Virus genome (UHGV): UHGV-0117807 | From: a virus | Length of the DNA stretch: 10,094 bases | Strand: one strand, 5' to 3' | Part shown: positions 6,142-10,094 of the stretch, one piece after another | How the letters are laid out: every line of letters begins with the position of its first letter | Position numbering within the stretch: position 1 is the stretch's first letter | Notes under the pieces: generated by a model | What the model was told of the DNA's origin: nothing | Database searches by the model: none | The model's input: the letters and a program-made list of their open reading frames with translations, nothing else | Made by a program: the position numbers and the translations under genes

Positions 6142-7033
6142 CGTATCCAATTTAGCCGAAGCCAGAGAGGCCAGAAGGCTCCAGAAACCGCGCACGAATG
6201 ACGGTAAGGGGTTTGCCTTGCTGCACCGTAAAATTATGGATGTGCCGTTCTACAAGGACGCTGAGGCGGCTCATTTATGGGTTCACCTGCTCCTGCGCGC
6301 TAATCACGAACAGACACTGGTATCGACTGATGTTGGCGATGTGATCTGCGAGCGCGGCGAGTTCATCACCGGGCGTAACACGCTGGCAATGGAAACGGGT
6401 TTGACCGCTGATCGCGTTAAATCACTGCTCCGTAAATTCCAGAATCTGGGCATGATCACCACCAAATCGAACAACCGTTTTACTGTTCTAAAAGTGGTCA
6501 AATATGACGAATATCAGTCAAATTTTTGTCCAGCCGATGTCCAGCCAGTGTCCAGCGCAAACGCAGTAATAACAATGCCTGTGGAGGATGTGTGTCCAGC
6601 CGATGTCCAGCCGGTGTCCACAGATAACAATATATTAAATAACTTACTACCTAAAGGTAGTAAGTATGTCGCAAATGACCAGAACCCCGCTGAAGAGAAA
6701 AAGTCCCGTTTGTCATGCGATGAAGTATGGCAATGCCTGAAAGACGAACTGCCTGAAGCCCGGGGATGGAGATGCCTCACTGATGAGCGACGCAATCTGA
6801 TCCGCACCTTCTGGGGTAAGGCTAACAAGATTGCCCGCAACCTGGACGGCAAGCCGATGGATATGGACGGTTTCAGAAGCTATCTGCGATATATCGCTCA
6901 AAACTGCCGCTGGATGCTTGAAGACCGACCAGACCAGAAATCCGGGAAAACCTGGCGCCGCATGAAATTCGATAAGTTCCTGACCGAAAAGCTCTACATC
7001 GAAGTGCGCGAGGGGGATCGTGATGACCGCTGA
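6134..7033 (+). CDS. Replication initiator, lambda O / P22 gp18-like (N-terminal DNA-binding domain, linker carrying the origin, C-terminal helicase-recruitment domain)
   Basis: ORF-track ORF (GTG 6128; GTG 6134 has better spacing from the AAGGAG SD). The N-terminal domain is a winged-HTH-like initiator fold. The central linker is encoded by the iteron repeats (CPADVQPVSS...CPADVQPVST). Its stop overlaps the helicase start. Confidence 0.8.
   Translation: MGNVSNLAEAREARRLQKPRTNDGKGFALLHRKIMDVPFYKDAEAAHLWVHLLLRANHEQTLVSTDVGDVICERGEFITGRNTLAMETGLTADRVKSLLRKFQNLGMITTKSNNRFTVLKVVKYDEYQSNFCPADVQPVSSANAVITMPVEDVCPADVQPVSTDNNILNNLLPKGSKYVANDQNPAEEKKSRLSCDEVWQCLKDELPEARGWRCLTDERRNLIRTFWGKANKIARNLDGKPMDMDGFRSYLRYIAQNCRWMLEDRPDQKSGKTWRRMKFDKFLTEKLYIEVREGDRDDR
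6527..6664. repeat. Putative phage replication origin inside the O-like gene: two 31-bp direct repeats, each with three ~11-bp iterons, then an AT-rich segment with a perfect 9-bp inverted repeat
   Basis: TGTCCAGCCGATGTCCAGCCAGTGTCCAGCGC at 6527-6558 and TGTCCAGCCGATGTCCAGCCGGTGTCCACAG at 6593-6623, with the GTCCAGC core recurring at 11-bp phasing. An AT-rich stretch (6624-6642) follows. CTTACTACC (6643-6651), taaa, GGTAGTAAG (6656-6664) form a perfect inverted repeat. Confidence 0.6.
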
Positions 7034-8456
7034 ATTCATGGCTGTGCCACAAAACCTCGAAGCGGAGCAGAGCGTTATCGGTGGCCTGCTGCTGGATGAT
7101 GACAACAGCGAGCGAGTCCAGAAGGTTCTGGCGATGCTCAAGCCTGAGTCGTTCTACAGCCGACCTCACCAGCTGATCTTTGCCGAGATGCGCCAGATGT
7201 TCCGCGACAACAAGCCAGTCGATGGTCTGACATTGTTCGACGCGCTCGAAGGCAAAGGGCTCGCGGAGCAGGTAGGTGGCTTTGCTTACCTGGCGGAGAT
7301 CGCCAAGAACACTCCCAGCGCTGCAAACATCGTGGCATACGCTGCGTCAGTCCGGGAAGCCGCAATGGAGCGCTACGGTATCAGCCGCCTGACCGAAGCT
7401 ACTGAGCTGCTGTATTCCCGCAATGGCATGAGCGCCACGCAGAAGTACGAGGCTATTCAGGGTATTTTCACCCAGCTCGCAGACCATTCAAAAACCGGTA
7501 GTCGCCGTGGGTTGCGGTCGTTCGGCGAGGTTATGGATGACTGGGTGGCAGATCTGGAGAAGCGATTTGACCCTTCAGGCGAACAGCGCGGAATGAGTAC
7601 CGGAATCCCGTCACTCGACCGACTGCTGGCGCCGAAAGGTCTGGTTAAAGGCTCTCTGTTCGTGATTGGCGCAAGGCCAAAGATGGGCAAGACAACCCTA
7701 TACGGGCAGATGGCGATCAACTGCGCGGTTCGTGAGAAAAAGCCAGCGCTGATGTTCAGCCTGGAAATGCCAGGCGACCAGATCCTCGAAAAACTGGTTG
7801 GTCAGAAGTCGGGCATTAACCCGAGCATTTTTTACATGCCCGCCACGGATGATGCCGATGACCAGTACCAGGGCGACTACGACGGCGACTTTAAGAAAGC
7901 GATCGCCACAGCCGGTCGGTTGAGTGAAATCGACATGCTATACATCGACGACACTCCTGGCCTGTCACTGGCGCACATCGTTAGCGAAAGCCGCCGAATC
8001 AAGCGCGAGAAGGGCTGCGTAGGAATGATTCTGGTTGACTACCTGACGCTGATGACCGCCGAAAAAGCCGACCGTAATGACCTGGCCTACGGGATGATCA
8101 CCAAAGGTCTGAAGAATCTCGCAAAAGAGCTTGGCTGCGTCGTCGTGCTGCTGACCCAGCTCAACCGCGAACTGGAGAAGCGAGTGAATAAACGCCCGTT
8201 ACCGAGCGATTCCCGCGACACAGGACAGATTGAGCAGGACTGCGACTACTGGGTTGGCATCCACCGTGAAGGTGCTTTCGATGAGAGCGTGCCACCAGGC
8301 GAAACCGAGCTAATCCTGCGGCTTAACCGCCATGGCAGTACCGGCACGGTTTATTGCAATCAGATCAACGGTGCAATTTACGACACAGACCAGCAGGCCG
8401 CCGCCGCAGAACGCCGCGGGCGTGAGCAGCAGCCGAAAAAGAAAGGGGGATTCTGA
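7023..8456 (+). CDS. DnaB-family replicative DNA helicase (phage-encoded, P22 gp12-like)
   Basis: ORF-track ORF of 478 aa. The N-terminus PQNLEAEQSVIGGLLLDD is the DnaB N-domain signature. Walker A GARPKMGKT; Walker B-like MLYIDD; LLTQLNR motif. GAGGGGG SD upstream; the start overlaps the O-like stop. Confidence 0.9.
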   Translation: MTAEFMAVPQNLEAEQSVIGGLLLDDDNSERVQKVLAMLKPESFYSRPHQLIFAEMRQMFRDNKPVDGLTLFDALEGKGLAEQVGGFAYLAEIAKNTPSAANIVAYAASVREAAMERYGISRLTEATELLYSRNGMSATQKYEAIQGIFTQLADHSKTGSRRGLRSFGEVMDDWVADLEKRFDPSGEQRGMSTGIPSLDRLLAPKGLVKGSLFVIGARPKMGKTTLYGQMAINCAVREKKPALMFSLEMPGDQILEKLVGQKSGINPSIFYMPATDDADDQYQGDYDGDFKKAIATAGRLSEIDMLYIDDTPGLSLAHIVSESRRIKREKGCVGMILVDYLTLMTAEKADRNDLAYGMITKGLKNLAKELGCVVVLLTQLNRELEKRVNKRPLPSDSRDTGQIEQDCDYWVGIHREGAFDESVPPGETELILRLNRHGSTGTVYCNQINGAIYDTDQQAAAAERRGREQQPKKKGGF

Positions 8457-8800
8457 TGACCATAACAATCCGTGGGCAGATTCTTGCAGCCCTGCGCAAT
8501 AACCCAGGGCTGAATAGTGCTCGTATTGCCAGCATGATCGGCATGACCACAAAAAAGATATCCGGAACGGTGAGCACGCTGCTGGCAGACGGCTTGATCG
8601 AGTTCGAAGGCAAGCACGGACAGCGGCTTTATCGGCTGACCGATTACGGCATGAAATACGCACCAGAAACAATCCCGGCTATGCCGAAGGGAAATTCGAA
8701 GCTGGTGCAGCGTACAGAGGCAAACGTGATCTGCCAGGAGTGCCGCAACAGCGCGGCGATGAAGCGAGTATTGATGGTTTGGGGGAGGGCAGGGGTATGA
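8456..8800 (+). CDS. Winged-helix DNA-binding protein (114 aa), nin-region
   Basis: ORF-track ORF with AAGGGGGA SD; the ATG overlaps the helicase stop (TGATG). The N-terminal ~60 aa (GQILAALRNNPGLNSARIASMIGMTTKKISGTVSTLLADGLIEF) look like a MarR/winged-helix fold. A C-terminal CQEC motif is present. Confidence 0.65.
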   Translation: MTITIRGQILAALRNNPGLNSARIASMIGMTTKKISGTVSTLLADGLIEFEGKHGQRLYRLTDYGMKYAPETIPAMPKGNSKLVQRTEANVICQECRNSAAMKRVLMVWGRAGV

Positions 8801-9285
8801 GCAATAAATACGAAGATCTGATTAAAAGCGCCAGGATGAATGCCGATTGTGGTGAGCACATGTCACCTGAAGAGGTTACGACTTTGCTTAACGTGGTTGA
8901 AACCACATTCGCGGCGCTGGCTGCGGAGAATGCGTGGCTGAAAGGCACTCTATCAGCAGTGATTGACCGCAGTAACGAGCCTGATTATCAAAGCATCGGA
9001 ATGGGCTGTGGTGTTGAGGATAACGGTCTTCAGACTGACGGTTATAACGCCTGTGAATATGGATGGCTCGAAGCAATGGATCGCATTTACTCAGAAGTTA
9101 TTCCAGACACTATTCCTGAAACCCCAGCAACCGACGCCTTCCTGGCTGAAGTGCGGGCGCAGGGCGTGGAGATGTTAGTTAAACACTGCGAGCAGAAAGC
9201 GCTGGAAAAATCCTATGACTTCTTCATGGATGCCGGAGCGGTTGCAGCACAGTTCGCGGCCCAACTTCGCCAGGAGGCCCAATGA
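8797..9285 (+). CDS. Acidic hypothetical protein (162 aa from ATG 8797)
   Basis: The ORF-track frame 8740..9285 is trimmed to the internal ATG 8797, which overlaps the preceding stop (ATGA) and follows a G-rich SD. Product MSNKYEDLIKSARMN... is rich in Asp/Glu. No recognisable domain. Confidence 0.6.
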   Translation: MSNKYEDLIKSARMNADCGEHMSPEEVTTLLNVVETTFAALAAENAWLKGTLSAVIDRSNEPDYQSIGMGCGVEDNGLQTDGYNACEYGWLEAMDRIYSEVIPDTIPETPATDAFLAEVRAQGVEMLVKHCEQKALEKSYDFFMDAGAVAAQFAAQLRQEAQ

Positions 9286-9620
9286 GCAACATCGACAAAT
9301 TGAAATCAGCCGCGGCTAAAGCGGTCGATAACTTCGACCCGAATATGTTCGTGGAAACTCGCGATGTGCTGGCGCTGCTGGATGAGCTGGAAGCCTCAGA
9401 AGAACGCTATGAGGATATGCTCCTTCAGGCCCGATCTTTCCGCGAGGCTCACGATTCTGCTTCAGAGTTAATTCGGAAGATGGAGCGCAATAAACCCACT
9501 GTGAAACTGCCAACTACTCGCCTATGGGCTGGAAAAATAGCGTGCTATGAGGAATCCGAGGTTGTCGCAATGCTAGAAAGAGCTGGCATCAACATTGCCG
9601 CAGCCGGTAAAGGAGAGTGA
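9282..9620 (+). CDS. Hypothetical protein (112 aa), nin-region
   Basis: ORF-track ORF with AGGAGG SD 4 nt upstream; the ATG overlaps the previous stop (ATGA). Probably helical and acidic. No recognisable motif. Confidence 0.6.
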   Translation: MSNIDKLKSAAAKAVDNFDPNMFVETRDVLALLDELEASEERYEDMLLQARSFREAHDSASELIRKMERNKPTVKLPTTRLWAGKIACYEESEVVAMLERAGINIAAAGKGE

Positions 9621-9622
9621 GC

Positions 9623-9799
9623 ATGAAATACGAAATACCGGAATCAGAAGATATTGAATGGCAGCAGGATATGCTCCGTGAAATAGACAGCGCCCTTGAC
9701 ATCTTGCGTGATGAGCATGAGCACGCAGTGGTGGTGCAGGAAATCATCAATGATATCACCGCGAGAATAGCATCACTCCGCGCGTACTCTGGATACTGA
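9623..9799 (+). CDS. Very acidic small protein (58 aa from ATG 9623)
   Basis: The ORF-track frame 9617..9799 is trimmed to ATG 9623, which has an AAGGAGAG SD. Product MKYEIPESEDIEWQQDMLREIDSALDILRDEHEHAVVVQEIINDITARIASLRAYSGY. Confidence 0.5.
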   Translation: MKYEIPESEDIEWQQDMLREIDSALDILRDEHEHAVVVQEIINDITARIASLRAYSGY

Positions 9800-9809
9800 G
9801 GACTAGCCT

Positions 9810-10094
9810 ATGAGCACTATTACCAAACAGGCCGTGCAAGCAGTTGCCGATTTGAAAGCTGGATACACCCTCGGTCACGCTGATGTGGCAATCCTGAATG
9901 AGCTGGCGCGTATCGCGCTGGCATCGCTCGAAGCGGAGCCTGTGGCGTGGGCGCACAGATTAATCAACAAGCGTAACGGAGTCGTTCACCCTTGGGTTTA
10001 CGGTAGCGCAGAGGCATGTCCAAGCGAGGGGGATATCTTCAATATTGAGGTAATGCCACTTTACACAGCCCCGCCAGCGCCGGTATCTGTGCCG
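9810..10094 (+). CDS. Hypothetical protein, 5' portion (95 codons, open at the window end)
   Basis: GAGGA SD 7 nt upstream of ATG 9810. Own translation MSTITKQAVQAVADLKAGYTLGHADVAILNELARIALASLEAEPVAWAHRLINKRNGVVHPWVYGS... has no stop to the end of the window. Absent from the ORF track because it is incomplete. Confidence 0.55.
   Translation, partial: MSTITKQAVQAVADLKAGYTLGHADVAILNELARIALASLEAEPVAWAHRLINKRNGVVHPWVYGSAEACPSEGDIFNIEVMPLYTAPPAPVSVP

Noticed and set aside
6527-6623. Direct repeats considered as a CRISPR array or mobile-element terminal repeats
   Set aside because: There are only two long repeat units, each made of 11-bp sub-repeats, inside a replication initiator gene and followed by an AT-rich inverted repeat. 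No spacer/repeat periodicity or cas genes are present. Origin iterons explain them.
5196-7720. Minus-strand ORFs antisense to the CII-like, O-like and helicase genes (5196..5666, 5413..5721, 5447..5857, 5797..6195, 6304..6501, 6514..6852, 6713..7141, 6873..7169, 7138..7365, 7457..7720) and plus-strand 5526..5732
   Set aside because: These are typical shadow ORFs opposite coding sequence of moderately high GC. The sense-strand genes carry recognisable motifs (Walker A, DnaB N-domain, iteron-encoded linker).
8310-9956. Minus-strand ORFs 8310..8672, 8365..8613, 8378..8617, 8644..8859, 8679..8948, 8888..9076, 9316..9513 and 9756..9956, and plus-strand 8963..9178
   Set aside because: They are antisense to or out of frame with the translationally coupled plus-strand nin genes, and have no start context.

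Overview
This window is the early control region of a lambdoid prophage in an enterobacterial-type genome, laid out like phage lambda's immunity region. All homology calls come from motifs and recalled protein families, not database searches. Leftward (minus strand): a candidate PL/OL at ~3551-3613, a ~300-bp leader, a small basic N-position protein, an unknown 222-aa protein with its own terminator, then three small proteins and a partial RecE-like gene that match the Rac prophage racC-ydaE-kilR-recE block in order and size. Centre: a cI-type repressor (HTH plus S24 autopeptidase) followed on the same transcript by a lipoprotein gene and a terminator, i.e. a lysogen-expressed cargo gene at the lambda rexAB position. 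Rightward (plus strand): PR/OR, a Cro/YdaS-like protein, a CII/YdaT-like protein, a small basic ORF, an O-like initiator with iterons and an AT-rich inverted repeat inside its coding sequence, a DnaB-family helicase, and four to five small, mostly acidic nin-region proteins. No tRNA, rRNA, CRISPR array, integrase or att site was seen. The best candidates for undescribed biology are the lipoprotein (3746-4222) and the 222-aa protein (2311-2979); neither can be assigned a function from sequence alone.
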